DNA of 64,000 nt, taken from assembly GCA_930971385.1 (NCBI GenBank), contig CAKNGB010000001.1:348468-412467 (forward strand), read 5' to 3'. The stretch comes from an uncultured Clostridia bacterium (GTDB lineage: Bacteria > Bacillota > Clostridia > Christensenellales > UBA1242). A program made the translations under genes and the position numbers. Each line of letters starts with the position of its first letter. Position 1 is the stretch's first letter. Under the pieces are notes generated by a model. That model had not been told where the DNA came from and ran no database searches. It worked only from the letters and a program-made list of their open reading frames with translations. Shown here one piece after another: positions 1 through 9,277 of the stretch.

Positions 1-764
1 TGATTGCCGATTTATATTCTCGCCAAAAGGTGACACTTGGAACGCTTGTTGCAGTTTTTGTGGCAACAAGTGACGAGGCAATTCCTCTTATGATTGCCAA
101 TCCTGACAGCATTTTAAGTATGCTTCTTTTGATTGGTGTTAAACTTGTTTTGGCGCTTGTTTGGGGATACTCAATCGACTTTGTGGTAGATCTAATTAAA
201 AAAGCGAGAAAAAAGAAAAAAGAGGAACCGCAAGCCGAAAATCATGAAGTTCATGAGCATCACGAACACCACAAGATTATGCACCATATTCACGAGTGCG
301 GACACGTTCACAGCGACGAATGTGAAGAGGACTGCCATCATAAGAATGGTTGCTGTGTGGATAACATTTTCTTGGATGCATTTAAGCATACCTTTGAAAT
401 CATGTTATACCTATTCATCTTCACATTTATCATGGAACTAATTTTGCAGACCTACTCGATTGATATTTTCCGCACAATATTAACCGACAATGTTTACATT
501 CAAATTTTAATAGCCTGCGTGGTCGGACTTATTCCAAATTGTGCTTCGTCTGTGTTTTTGGTGGAACTATATATGCTGGAAGGTGTGCTTTCGTTCCCAG
601 CACTTGTTGCGGGCTTATCCACGGGAGCGGGGGTAGGACTTTTCATACTAATTAGCCGAAATAGGAAACATCCACTTAAAAGTTTGGGAATTGTTGCCTT
701 GCAGTTTGCAATCGGAGTAATATCAGGCATTGTTGTCAACCTGTTCTATATGCTTGCAGTGTAA
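1..764 (+). CDS. Multi-pass membrane protein, putative metal-ion permease/exporter (ArsP_2-like) with a His/Cys-rich loop; 5' end cut by the window edge
   Basis: The frame is open from base 3. It has hydrophobic segments, a HEVHEHHEHHKIMHHIHECGHVHSDECEEDCHH loop and an IPNCASSVFLVEL segment. A perfect 10-bp hairpin follows the stop. Confidence 0.45.
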   Translation, partial: IADLYSRQKVTLGTLVAVFVATSDEAIPLMIANPDSILSMLLLIGVKLVLALVWGYSIDFVVDLIKKARKKKKEEPQAENHEVHEHHEHHKIMHHIHECGHVHSDECEEDCHHKNGCCVDNIFLDAFKHTFEIMLYLFIFTFIMELILQTYSIDIFRTILTDNVYIQILIACVVGLIPNCASSVFLVELYMLEGVLSFPALVAGLSTGAGVGLFILISRNRKHPLKSLGIVALQFAIGVISGIVVNLFYMLAV

Positions 765-770
765 GCCTAA

Positions 771-806
771 AAAAGAGCATTACAAATAAAATGCTCTTTT
801 AATTTT
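771..806 (+). terminator. Rho-independent terminator
   Basis: aaaagagcat / atgctctttt forms a perfect 10-bp stem with a 10-nt loop, followed by T-rich sequence. Confidence 0.6.
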
Positions 807-837
807 ATGTCAACTTAAAAGTTTAAATCAACATTTT

Positions 838-875
838 GTGGTGGTATGCAAGCATAACACAATGTATGTTGTTAT
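838..875. repeat. Intergenic palindromic repeat family, copy A
   Basis: The sequence gtggtggtatgcaagcataacacaatgtatgttgttat shares atgcaagcataacaca with copy C. It lies between convergent gene ends. Confidence 0.6.
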
Positions 876-1600
876 TTTTTGTTGCTGTCGTTATTATAAA
901 AATCAAAGGCTTTCATAATTTCGTCCAAGCCCATTTTTGGATTTAATGCTTCTTGCAAATCAAATCCGCTTTCGCTTTTTGGAATGTTAGGGGCAATAAT
1001 CTCAGTTTTTGCTGGCGCTGCTGGCTTTTGCTCCACTTTTTCTTTTGGCTTAAACACGAAACTGTTGCGTTTATAGTAGTTATTATATGTTGTTGGATTT
1101 TCCACTTTATTGGTGGTTATTTTAACTTCTTTTGTTGGAGTTTTTTTGTATTCCTGCATCTTGCTTAAAAGCCTACGCATACTGTCGTTAGGCGAGTTGA
1201 CTGGGCTTGTGAGGGTGTTAAGGTCAGCAATTCTTTCGTTATACTCTTTGATTACCTCATTAAACTCTTTAAGTATTTTTGCAAACTCGGCGTCGTGTTT
1301 TAAATCTGGAAAACGGATGTTTAATTCCTTAACCAGAAGTTGCAATTTGTCTATCACAAGGGAATAGAAATTCTTGGCGCCATCTTCTTGAAATTGTTTG
1401 GCTTTTTCCAAAACATCAAGGGCGTCGAGAATACTTTTTTCCTTATGCTCGTTGTTTTTCAAATTTAAAAGACGGCGTTCTGACTCCAGCGTCTTTAATT
1501 TTTCATCCATAATTTTGCTTTCATAGCCTGCTTTTAAGCGTTCGATGTAGGCGTCAACTTCTTGCTTATTGTAGCCATTATAGGCCTGAGAAAAATTCAT
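872..1600 (-). CDS. DivIVA domain protein
   Basis: N-terminal F..AYNGYNKQEVDAYIERL DivIVA motif followed by a coiled-coil-like K/E-rich sequence. Confidence 0.75.
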   Translation of the reverse strand: MNFSQAYNGYNKQEVDAYIERLKAGYESKIMDEKLKTLESERRLLNLKNNEHKEKSILDALDVLEKAKQFQEDGAKNFYSLVIDKLQLLVKELNIRFPDLKHDAEFAKILKEFNEVIKEYNERIADLNTLTSPVNSPNDSMRRLLSKMQEYKKTPTKEVKITTNKVENPTTYNNYYKRNSFVFKPKEKVEQKPAAPAKTEIIAPNIPKSESGFDLQEALNPKMGLDEIMKAFDFYNNDSNKK

Positions 1601-2103
1601 TATTTCCTCCCAAAAACATTAACTATTATTATCACTATTAATAATAGCAAATATGACACCAAAATTGCAATAAAAATCGGCAAAGAAATGTAAGAAAATG
1701 TGAATAATAGGGTAAAAACAAGGGCGAAAAAGAGCGAATACATGATGACAAGGTGGAATTTTTGCCCACAAACAAGATAGGTTAGAAAGGATGCCAAGAT
1801 GAAATCAGTTAAGAGATATTCGCAAACATATTCCGTGGTGTTTGTGAAAAGAAAGATAAATCCGCTTATGCCGATAAGCGTCAGTAAACTTCCAAGATAA
1901 AAACCACTGTCAAGTTTAAATAGGCGACTTTTCAAAACCTCATAGGTTCCCACCAAAAAGGAAAACGCGAAAAACCAAAAGGCTGGGTAGTTGGGGATAA
2001 TTAGGATATTGATAAGAATTGCCGTTAAAAAAAGAAGAAGATGCGTGATAAGCACAAATTTTAATATCTTTGTTTTCTTAACACCAACAATTCTTCCTCT
2101 CAT
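1600..2103 (-). CDS. Hypothetical multi-pass membrane protein
   Basis: 167-aa ORF with 5 predicted hydrophobic helices. Its stop overlaps the divIVA-like start (ATGA). Confidence 0.5.
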   Translation of the reverse strand: MRGRIVGVKKTKILKFVLITHLLLFLTAILINILIIPNYPAFWFFAFSFLVGTYEVLKSRLFKLDSGFYLGSLLTLIGISGFIFLFTNTTEYVCEYLLTDFILASFLTYLVCGQKFHLVIMYSLFFALVFTLLFTFSYISLPIFIAILVSYLLLLIVIIIVNVFGRK

Positions 2104-2264
2104 AATTTTAGTTTGTCAAATTTCGCTAAAAATATGTGTGTTTTTTCGAACCAAGAAATATTTGAGTGAGACTTGCGTTATTCAAATTGTTATGGCGGAC
2201 AAAGCACTCGAATTCGCTACTATTTTTTAAAATTTTTTGCTAGTAAAATTTAAATATAACATAA

Positions 2265-3116
2265 TCATTTCAAATCTTTTTTTAAAACATCCATAATGAT
2301 TTCAAAGGAGGTTCTTTTGCGTCTATTTTGAATTATACAGTATATGATGTAAGCAAGCCCGCAAAGGATGAAAATCACAGAAACAAGTTGCGAAACGCGG
2401 AACGGCCCAAGATACAGACTGTCCATTCTAAGCCCTTCCACCCAAAACCTGCCGATACCGTAAAGAATGAGGTAGAGGGAGGCGATTATGCCGTTGTTTT
2501 TGAAATTCACTTTGCAAATTAAAATTGTTAAAATAGTAAAAATTATGAGGTTGCTTAAAAACTCATAGAAAAATGTTGCCAAGTGCCAACCGCTTCCACT
2601 GCACGCACAGCCTGCTTGGTGGCAATGTTCAATATACACACCAAAAGGAAACCATTGAAGTGATGGGTTGTCGATGTAAAAACCATACGCTTCCTGATTA
2701 ACAAAGTTTCCCCAGCGACCAATTCCTTGCCCTAAAACCAAGCCTAAAACAACAATATCGGCAAGTTTAAGAAAATTCTTTTTGTGGATGAGGCAATATA
2801 AAACAACGCCAAGTGCACCGCCGATAAGTCCGCCATAAAAGCCTAAACCGCCCTTCCAAATTTCAAAAACTTCCCAAAATGAGTCAAATTCATCCAGCGA
2901 AAAGATGACATAATAAATTCTTGCACCGATGATTGCAAGTGGAATGACATAGCAGGCGAGGAGGATGATGTCGTCAGTTGTGAAACCTCTTTTTTTGGCA
3001 AAAAGGCAAACAACAATAACGCCAATGAGATAACCAAGGGCGCTTATAATGCCATAATAATTAATGGTTAAGCCAAAAAGTTGAAAACTGTTGTTAATTA
3101 AAAATAATGAATTCAT
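2265..3116 (-). CDS. lgt: Prolipoprotein diacylglyceryl transferase
   Basis: GRWGNFVNQEAYG signature, multi-TM topology, and an AGGTG RBS upstream of the ATG. Confidence 0.9.
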   Translation of the reverse strand: MNSLFLINNSFQLFGLTINYYGIISALGYLIGVIVVCLFAKKRGFTTDDIILLACYVIPLAIIGARIYYVIFSLDEFDSFWEVFEIWKGGLGFYGGLIGGALGVVLYCLIHKKNFLKLADIVVLGLVLGQGIGRWGNFVNQEAYGFYIDNPSLQWFPFGVYIEHCHQAGCACSGSGWHLATFFYEFLSNLIIFTILTILICKVNFKNNGIIASLYLILYGIGRFWVEGLRMDSLYLGPFRVSQLVSVIFILCGLAYIIYCIIQNRRKRTSFEIIMDVLKKDLK

Positions 3117-3243
3117 AAAACACCTATGTTAAGTATATGAAAAGAGAACTTAAAAGTCAAATTAATTTTAAAGATAAAAAAATTCACAAGTAAATATTAT
3201 GTTGTTTTTTAGTGGATATTTTTAAAAATAGAATAATATATAT

Positions 3244-3271
3244 AAAAAAATTGCGCCAAAACTGACGCAAT
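3244..3271 (-). terminator. Rho-independent terminator downstream of the Rho-like gene
   Basis: The minus strand reads attgcgtcagttttggcgcaat followed by ttttttt. Confidence 0.55.
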
Positions 3272-3288
3272 TTAATCGGTATTTTTAA

Positions 3289-4473
3289 TTAAAGAGAAAT
3301 TTTTGTGGAAATTTTACTGATTGATGTTATGTAAAGAGGGTCAAAGTTATCGCTGTCTTCATGGGTGACAAACAAGGTTGTGGAACCTCCTCTTGTTGAC
3401 TTTGCCAACAGCATGATGTTTTTGATGATGGTTGCCGTTTCTTCTGTGTGACCAAAATATGATTTATCGGAAAGTTTGAAGTCTGCATCCAAAGTGTGAG
3501 CGATTGTGACAAGGTCTTGAGCAAAAACAGCAACGCTGTAGCCAACTTCTTGCAATCTCTTGATATGTTCAATGAAAACATTGACCTTTTCGTTATAATC
3601 AGAAGGCGAGTCGTTATATTTCAAAAGGAATAAATCGTCAAAGCCAACGGAGTTTAAAGCCACAATATCTTCAAACAAAACATTTGGAATTAAAGCAACA
3701 CATTTTGTTCCATTCTTTTTGAGATTTGCAATGGTTGTTTTAAGGGAGGCTAAATCTAAAAATTTGCCACAGTCAACCAAATATCTTCCGCCAATCTTGA
3801 TGTTGGTTGAACCAAGGTTAATTTCCTTGTTTGGCACGCTCAAATCAAAATTTACCATCTTAACTTCATATTTATCAACTGGCATATAGTTGATTGTTTT
3901 AAGTTCAACAAGAAGATAGTCGTGGTTGTTATTCATGATAACAGCGGTTCCTGTGATGCGGTCAAATTCCTTAACGCGTCTGTCAAAACCTTCCTTTTTA
4001 ATTAAAACAGGAACATTATTCTCTTGATTGATTAGATAGAATTCCTTATCACTGCGGTTCAAAACAATTCCGCTGACATAGATAGGGTCAAGGTGCTTTT
4101 CTAAAACTTCCTCTTCGTCTTGTTTAAAATTGACAACTTTTTTGAAGGAGTTGTTGGCAGAGCCTGCCTGAGCCGACTTTAAGGTGTAGTCCTTTCCAGT
4201 GATAACAGAAAGCTCTTCCAAAATTCCTTGAATGTTGGAAAGTTCCTTATATGGTCTTCCTTGGCGGAGAGGGATAGGTCTAATATCCTCGCCAGAAATA
4301 ATTTTATCCATAATCACTTTGATATGGTCATTTCTCTTTGAAGTGGTTGGAGAATTATCACCAAAAACGCGAGCGAGCGCTCTTAATTCATAAATTCCCA
4401 ATGTTTGAATCAGGTTATAGCAACTTTCCTGAGGTTTTGTTAAATTATCGTAAACAACTTGAACTTTTGTCAT
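3289..4473 (-). CDS. Rho-like protein with degenerate ATPase motifs and a truncated C-terminus
   Basis: Recalled alignment to E. coli Rho across the Rho_N, OB/CSD and RecA-like core regions. The P-loop is replaced by VDCGKFLD. RBS is aaaggaag. Confidence 0.55.
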   Translation of the reverse strand: MTKVQVVYDNLTKPQESCYNLIQTLGIYELRALARVFGDNSPTTSKRNDHIKVIMDKIISGEDIRPIPLRQGRPYKELSNIQGILEELSVITGKDYTLKSAQAGSANNSFKKVVNFKQDEEEVLEKHLDPIYVSGIVLNRSDKEFYLINQENNVPVLIKKEGFDRRVKEFDRITGTAVIMNNNHDYLLVELKTINYMPVDKYEVKMVNFDLSVPNKEINLGSTNIKIGGRYLVDCGKFLDLASLKTTIANLKKNGTKCVALIPNVLFEDIVALNSVGFDDLFLLKYNDSPSDYNEKVNVFIEHIKRLQEVGYSVAVFAQDLVTIAHTLDADFKLSDKSYFGHTEETATIIKNIMLLAKSTRGGSTTLFVTHEDSDNFDPLYITSISKISTKISL

Positions 4474-4624
4474 ACGTGCTTCCTTTTAAATTAAATTTAT
4501 GTTGAAAATCTTCAGCATATGTCTATATTATACCACATAAAAATTATTTTATCAACAAATTTCGCTAACTTTTACAAAAATTTTTAAAATTGCCATTTTA
4601 ATCGACTATTAGCAGTGAAAATTG

Positions 4625-4652
4625 TTGCATACTACCACAATATCTTGTGTTT
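4625..4652. repeat. Intergenic palindromic repeat family, copy B
   Basis: ttgcatactaccacaatatcttgtgttt is near-identical to copies D and E2. Confidence 0.6.
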
Positions 4653-5473
4653 TACTGTGAATTTATTGCCAGCGGAGCAAGATTAATTATGACTGTAAAC
4701 ACATCATTTTCAGCATCTTCGCCTTCGTTTACTCGTTCAAAATCGAAAGATAAACTTATTACTCCAGCATTTATTGTGGCTTCAACAGATGTGTCGGTGG
4801 TGATTTCGTTTGACCTTGTTGGATAGGTGATTGGAATTGCTTTATTTATCGGGCTTATTCCATCAGCACTTAATGTTAGGCGAACTTGATATGGCGAAGT
4901 GGTGGAAAGCCTCATTGTTTGATTGACGCTTTCTGGAGTTATCAGCGTTCCATTTTGAATTTGCCCGTTGAAACTGAACACTTCGCGGTAATTTATTGCA
5001 CTTTCGCCAAATGAAAGTGTGAGATTGCCATTAAATAAATTGGCATTTTCTTCCACATCTTCGCTTTGTGCCGTGACGGAAAGAGAGGAGAGAGTGTAGT
5101 AAAGCTGAGTGTCAGCCTCAAAAATGGCAGTGTAGTTGTTGCTTGTGGCGCTTGTTGCGGTGAAGGATAAGGTGCTTGTCATGTTGTCGTCGGAAGTGTT
5201 TATTGTGTAAACGCCATCATTCGACAAGATGATTTCATTTTGATATACCCAAGCCACAAAGTGATAGGAGCGGTTGTTATTCACTTTACCACTAGCAGTT
5301 AATGTGACAGTGTCGCCCTCGGTGTAGTTACCACGTCCACTTGCAATGCCGTTATCGTTTGAACTTGTAAGTTCTATATAATATCTTGCTGGTTCATCGC
5401 AACCAAAAAGCAAGAAAACAGGAACTATAAGCAAAAGTGCCAATAGAAACAAATTCAACTTCTTTGCCTTCAT
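4652..5473 (-). CDS. Lipoprotein with a divergent InlB B-repeat-like domain
   Basis: Signal peptide MKAKKLNLFLLALLLIVPVFLLFGC with a lipobox, and a GGAGAG RBS before the ATG at 5473. The GDTVTLTASG...YHFVAWVY motif is present. Confidence 0.6.
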   Translation of the reverse strand: MKAKKLNLFLLALLLIVPVFLLFGCDEPARYYIELTSSNDNGIASGRGNYTEGDTVTLTASGKVNNNRSYHFVAWVYQNEIILSNDGVYTINTSDDNMTSTLSFTATSATSNNYTAIFEADTQLYYTLSSLSVTAQSEDVEENANLFNGNLTLSFGESAINYREVFSFNGQIQNGTLITPESVNQTMRLSTTSPYQVRLTLSADGISPINKAIPITYPTRSNEITTDTSVEATINAGVISLSFDFERVNEGEDAENDVFTVIINLAPLAINSQ

Positions 5474-5601
5474 TTTCTCTCCTTTATTTTTAATATATCT
5501 TAAAATTCGACTTAAAGTCAAACATTTGAAGAAAATTTATTTTTTATAAAATTTTGAGTATTTTTAATTCCCTTGCATAAAATATCTTGGAAGGAGTTTA
5601 T

Positions 5602-6363
5602 ATGTGGGAGTTTTGTCTGTCCTCCACCAAAATGGAAGTTGCAAGATTTATATACCAAAGTTTGAAAGGGGAGGCGGAAGAGTTAAATCTTGTTTTAACG
5701 TGCTTTGAACAGTTTGACACATTTAACATTGTGGTTGCCTGCCCAGAGGAAGATAAGGGAAGATTGTGCATAATTTTAGAGCGATATATCATTAAAATTG
5801 TGTGCTCATTTTTTAAAGAAAACTTCCTCGATCAAAACTTACACCTTCCAACGCACGAAAAAATTAGCCAAACGGCGTTCAAAAAGGCACTTATCAATTT
5901 CGACAAGGAAACCGATTTCTATATTATCAGCAAAAATTTGGAACTTAAAAAGAATTTGCATATAGAGTCGTTTTATAATTTCAAACTTTCTGCCCTTCGT
6001 GAAAAGTGGAAGGAACTTGTCACACTTGCAAACGACAACAGCGACTATCTCATCGGTGACGACGCTTTTTTTGACCTATTAAAATTCTTGATTGACAATT
6101 TGGAAGTTAGCGAAAGCGAGATAACCATATTTGAAAAGGAAAACGGCTTCAAGGTTCTAGCCAAAGAGAATGTGGAAGTAAATTCAGACAGTTTGTCGAA
6201 AGAAGGGCTAATTTCCACTTTAATTGAACTTAGCCCAAAGAAAATCAACCTGTATTGTGAAGAAGAAACGCCACTTGTCAGTTTCTTATCCAAGATATTT
6301 GATGATAGAATTAATGTGAACTATAATAAAACTATGGAAAAAATTGAAAATTTTCCTCATTAA
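5602..6363 (+). CDS. Hypothetical protein, possibly YtxC-like sporulation protein
   Basis: It sits immediately upstream of the thrS T-box, as ytxC does in B. subtilis. RBS is GGAAGGAG. The call rests on synteny only. Confidence 0.4.
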   Translation: MWEFCLSSTKMEVARFIYQSLKGEAEELNLVLTCFEQFDTFNIVVACPEEDKGRLCIILERYIIKIVCSFFKENFLDQNLHLPTHEKISQTAFKKALINFDKETDFYIISKNLELKKNLHIESFYNFKLSALREKWKELVTLANDNSDYLIGDDAFFDLLKFLIDNLEVSESEITIFEKENGFKVLAKENVEVNSDSLSKEGLISTLIELSPKKINLYCEEETPLVSFLSKIFDDRINVNYNKTMEKIENFPH

Positions 6364-6365
6364 AC

Positions 6366-6394
6366 TTGACAAAGGTTTTTTCCTATAATATAAT
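6366..6394 (+). promoter_or_regulatory. SigA-type promoter of the thrS leader
   Basis: TTGACA, 17 bp spacer, TATAAT. Confidence 0.7.
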
Positions 6395-6399
6395 ATGAA

Positions 6400-6597
6400 T
6401 GCGTTTAGTGAAAGACAAGTATGTTCAAAAATTTGTGCTTAGAGAAAAGTTGGTTGGTGAAAAACTTAAACAAATTTTGAAAGGAAACCACTTTCATGCT
6501 TGAAGATGCATTAAAGAGTGGCACAATTTGTGCAATTAAGGTGGAACCGCGGTTATTAATCGTCCTTAAACAATTTGCTTGTTTAAAGGATTTTTTT
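6400..6597 (+). promoter_or_regulatory. T-box leader (Thr specifier) with terminator/antiterminator
   Basis: The AGAGA and GTGA elements are present. The candidate ACC specifier is at 6487-6489 and the T-box aattaaggtggaaccgcgg at 6534-6552. The terminator tccttaaac...gtttaaagga plus T7 lies at 6563-6597. Confidence 0.85.
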
Positions 6598-6625
6598 ATA
6601 TTCTTTAAACATAAAAGGAGTTAAT

Positions 6626-8362
6626 ATGGAAAAAAATGTTAAAGATGAAAAAATTTTTAAGGCAAGGCACTCGCTTGCACACATTTTGGCAAAGGCGCTT
6701 ATGTCGCTGTATCCAAACACAAAACTGACTATTGGACCTGCGATTGACGACGGTTTTTATTACGACATTGACCTTGATAAAAACCTGACTCCAGAAGATT
6801 TCCCTGTGATTGAAAAGAAGATGAAAGAAATAATCAATAAGGGAGAGGACTTTAAGCGCAAGGTGGTTTCAAAAGAGGAGGCACTTAAACTATTTAAAGG
6901 AAATGAGTATAAAGAGGAAATAATAAGAGAACTTCCAGAAAACGAAGAAGTTTCCTTATACTACACAGGCGACGACTTTTTTGATTTGTGCCGAGGTCCT
7001 CATGTTGAAAGTAGTAGGAACCTGCAAAACTACGCTTTTAAAATTCACGCAGTTAACGGCGCGTATTGGAGAGGAAGCGAAAAGAATAAGATGCTTCAAC
7101 GCGTCTACGCCTATGCTTATCCAGATAAGAAACAACTGCAAGAACATATAAATATGATTGAAGAGGCAAAAAAGCGTGACCACAGAAAACTTGGCAAGGA
7201 ACTTAAACTTTTCATGATGTCGCCAGAGGGACCAGGATTTCCGTTCTATCTTCCAAAGGGGATGATTGTCAGAAACCTTTTGATTGACTATTGGCGTGAA
7301 CTTCACACCGAAGCGGGTTATAAGGAAATTATGACGCCAATCATGCTCAATCGTCATTTATGGGAAACCTCAGGGCATTGGGACCACTATAAGCAAAATA
7401 TGTTCACATCAACCATTGATGAAGATACTTATGCCATTAAACCAATGAATTGCCCAGGCGGAGTTTTAGTGTATAAAAGCGAGCCACATTCATATAAGGA
7501 ACTTCCATTGAGGCTTGGCGAACTTGGAATTGTGCATAGATATGAAAAGTCGGGCGAACTTGGTGGGCTTTTAAGAGTTAGGTCGTTTACGCAAGACGAC
7601 GCACACATCTTTATGACGCCAAGCCAGATTAAAGACGAAATCAAAAATGTGGTTTCTTTAATTGATAAGGTATATAAAGTGTTTAATTTCACATATCATG
7701 TCGAACTTTCCACTCGTCCTGAAAACAGCATGGGAAGTGACGAAGATTGGGAACTTGCCACAAATGCCTTAAAAGGAGCGCTTGATGAACTTCACCTTGA
7801 CTATATTATAAATGAAGGGGACGGCGCATTTTATGGACCTAAGATTGACTTCCATTTGAAAGATACCATTGGAAGAACATGGCAATGTGGAACAATTCAA
7901 CTTGATTTCCAACTTCCACAACGCTTTGAACTTGAATATGTGGGTGAGGACGGCGAAAAACATAGACCAATCATGATACACCGCGTGATTTACGGTTCAA
8001 TCGACCGCTTTATTGGGCTTCTTATCGAAAACTTTGCAGGAGCGTTTCCACTTTGGTTATCACCAGTGCAAGTCAAGGTGCTTTCACTAACTGATAGAAA
8101 CGAAAAATATGTCAATGAAATTGTTGAGAGGCTAAGAAAGGAGAAAATCAGAGCGGAAGCGGATAACCGAAACGAAAAGGTGGGGTATAAAATTCGTGAG
8201 GCGTTAAACGAGAAAACCCCATATCTTATCATTGTTGGCGATGAGGAAGAGAAAAATAAAACCATTTCCATTCGTGGACGCGGTAATGAAAATAAGAGCG
8301 GACTTAATTTGGATGACTTTATCTTAAGGCTTAAAGAAGAAATCAAAACAAAAAAGATATAA
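6626..8362 (+). CDS. thrS: Threonine--tRNA ligase (short form lacking the N-terminal TGS domain)
   Basis: HSLAHILAKAL editing-domain motif near the N-terminus, class II core, and a T-box upstream. Confidence 0.95.
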   Translation: MEKNVKDEKIFKARHSLAHILAKALMSLYPNTKLTIGPAIDDGFYYDIDLDKNLTPEDFPVIEKKMKEIINKGEDFKRKVVSKEEALKLFKGNEYKEEIIRELPENEEVSLYYTGDDFFDLCRGPHVESSRNLQNYAFKIHAVNGAYWRGSEKNKMLQRVYAYAYPDKKQLQEHINMIEEAKKRDHRKLGKELKLFMMSPEGPGFPFYLPKGMIVRNLLIDYWRELHTEAGYKEIMTPIMLNRHLWETSGHWDHYKQNMFTSTIDEDTYAIKPMNCPGGVLVYKSEPHSYKELPLRLGELGIVHRYEKSGELGGLLRVRSFTQDDAHIFMTPSQIKDEIKNVVSLIDKVYKVFNFTYHVELSTRPENSMGSDEDWELATNALKGALDELHLDYIINEGDGAFYGPKIDFHLKDTIGRTWQCGTIQLDFQLPQRFELEYVGEDGEKHRPIMIHRVIYGSIDRFIGLLIENFAGAFPLWLSPVQVKVLSLTDRNEKYVNEIVERLRKEKIRAEADNRNEKVGYKIREALNEKTPYLIIVGDEEEKNKTISIRGRGNENKSGLNLDDFILRLKEEIKTKKI

Positions 8363-8425
8363 AAATTTGTCGAAAATTGCTGAATTTATCAAAATAGCGG
8401 AAATTTATTTAATTTTCTTAGATTT

Positions 8426-8454
8426 TTGCTTGGAGTTCGGCATAAATATATGAT
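8426..8454 (+). promoter_or_regulatory. SigA-type promoter of the small ORF and yajC
   Basis: TTGCTT, 17 bp spacer, TATGAT. Confidence 0.5.
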
Positions 8455-8476
8455 ATTATTAAGGGAGTAAATCAAC

Positions 8477-8554
8477 ATGGGAATTAATGAACTTGCAATA
8501 CCACTTTGTGTCATTTTCTTGATTCTTCTTATGGGGTTTTACTTTAAAAAGTAA
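8477..8554 (+). CDS. 25-aa hydrophobic peptide (MGINELAIPLCVIFLILLMGFYFKK)
   Basis: AAGGGAG RBS 9 nt upstream, a single TM-like helix with a KK anchor, and a stop 11 nt before the yajC ATG. It falls below the ORF-track length cutoff. Confidence 0.4.
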   Translation: MGINELAIPLCVIFLILLMGFYFKK

Positions 8555-8565
8555 AAGGAGTTAAA

Positions 8566-9030
8566 ATGGGAGACGTTGTAAATTATATCTTAATCGGAAT
8601 TGTTGTTTTAATGCTTATCGCACTTCCAATTATGATGAATCAGAAAAACAAAAGAGAAACACAAAAAATTCAAGAACAAACAAATTCGCTTAAAGTTGGC
8701 GACAAGGTTTTAACGACCAGCGGGGTTTATGGAACTATCACAGAACTTAAATTTGATGATGCTCAAAAACTTGTTGTGATTGAAACTGGCGGAAAAACCA
8801 AAAGTTATATGACCATTGATGCGTATGCAATCTACACTGTTTTTAAAAGCGAAGAAGAACTTAAACGCGAGGCGGAAGAAAAACTTAGGCTGGAACAAGA
8901 GGCTAAGGCAAAAGAAGAGCAGGAAAAACTGGAAAAGAAAAATAAAAAGAAGAAGAAAGAAGAACCTGCAATTAGCGATGTTAAAGAAGTGGAAGTCCAA
9001 ACAGAAGTTGTTGAAGAAAAGAAAGATTAA
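8566..9030 (+). CDS. yajC: Preprotein translocase subunit YajC with a K/E-rich C-terminal extension
   Basis: N-terminal TM plus a LKVGDKVLTTSGVYGTITEL motif. RBS is AAAGGAG. Confidence 0.8.
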   Translation: MGDVVNYILIGIVVLMLIALPIMMNQKNKRETQKIQEQTNSLKVGDKVLTTSGVYGTITELKFDDAQKLVVIETGGKTKSYMTIDAYAIYTVFKSEEELKREAEEKLRLEQEAKAKEEQEKLEKKNKKKKKEEPAISDVKEVEVQTEVVEEKKD

Positions 9031-9046
9031 GCTCTTTCTTTTTTTT
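9019..9046 (+). terminator. Rho-independent terminator of yajC
   Basis: aagaaaga / tctttctt stem with a ttaagc loop, then T6. It overlaps the stop codon. Confidence 0.6.
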
Positions 9047-9127
9047 GTTTTCGTATGTATATTTTCTTTTTGCGGTGCCAAAATAATAGCAACAAGGATA
9101 TTTCCTTGAAAAATGGGAGGTAAAACT

Positions 9128-9271
9128 ATGTTTGGGAAAAAGAAAGCGAAAAACTGTTCTTCAAATTCTGAAGCAAGCAGAGAAAACGCAAAAAACTGTG
9201 AGGCTTCCAAAGAAGCAAAATCAAGCAAGTCAAGCAGTAAGTCAAGCAAATGTGCAAAAAACAGCAAATAA
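9128..9271 (+). CDS. 47-aa Lys/Ser/Cys-rich small protein (MFGKKKAKNCSSNSEASRENAKNCEASKEAKSSKSSSKSSKCAKNSK)
   Basis: GGGAGG RBS 7 nt upstream and its own terminator at 9278-9305. It falls below the ORF-track cutoff. Confidence 0.5.
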   Translation: MFGKKKAKNCSSNSEASRENAKNCEASKEAKSSKSSSKSSKCAKNSK

Positions 9272-9277
9272 CGAAAA

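Noticed and set aside
8364-8378. CodY-box resemblance (aatttgtcgaaaatt vs AATTTTCWGAAAATT)
   Set aside because: There are three mismatches in the central positions that define the box. The similarity lies mostly in the A/T flanks, and no codY is seen in the window.
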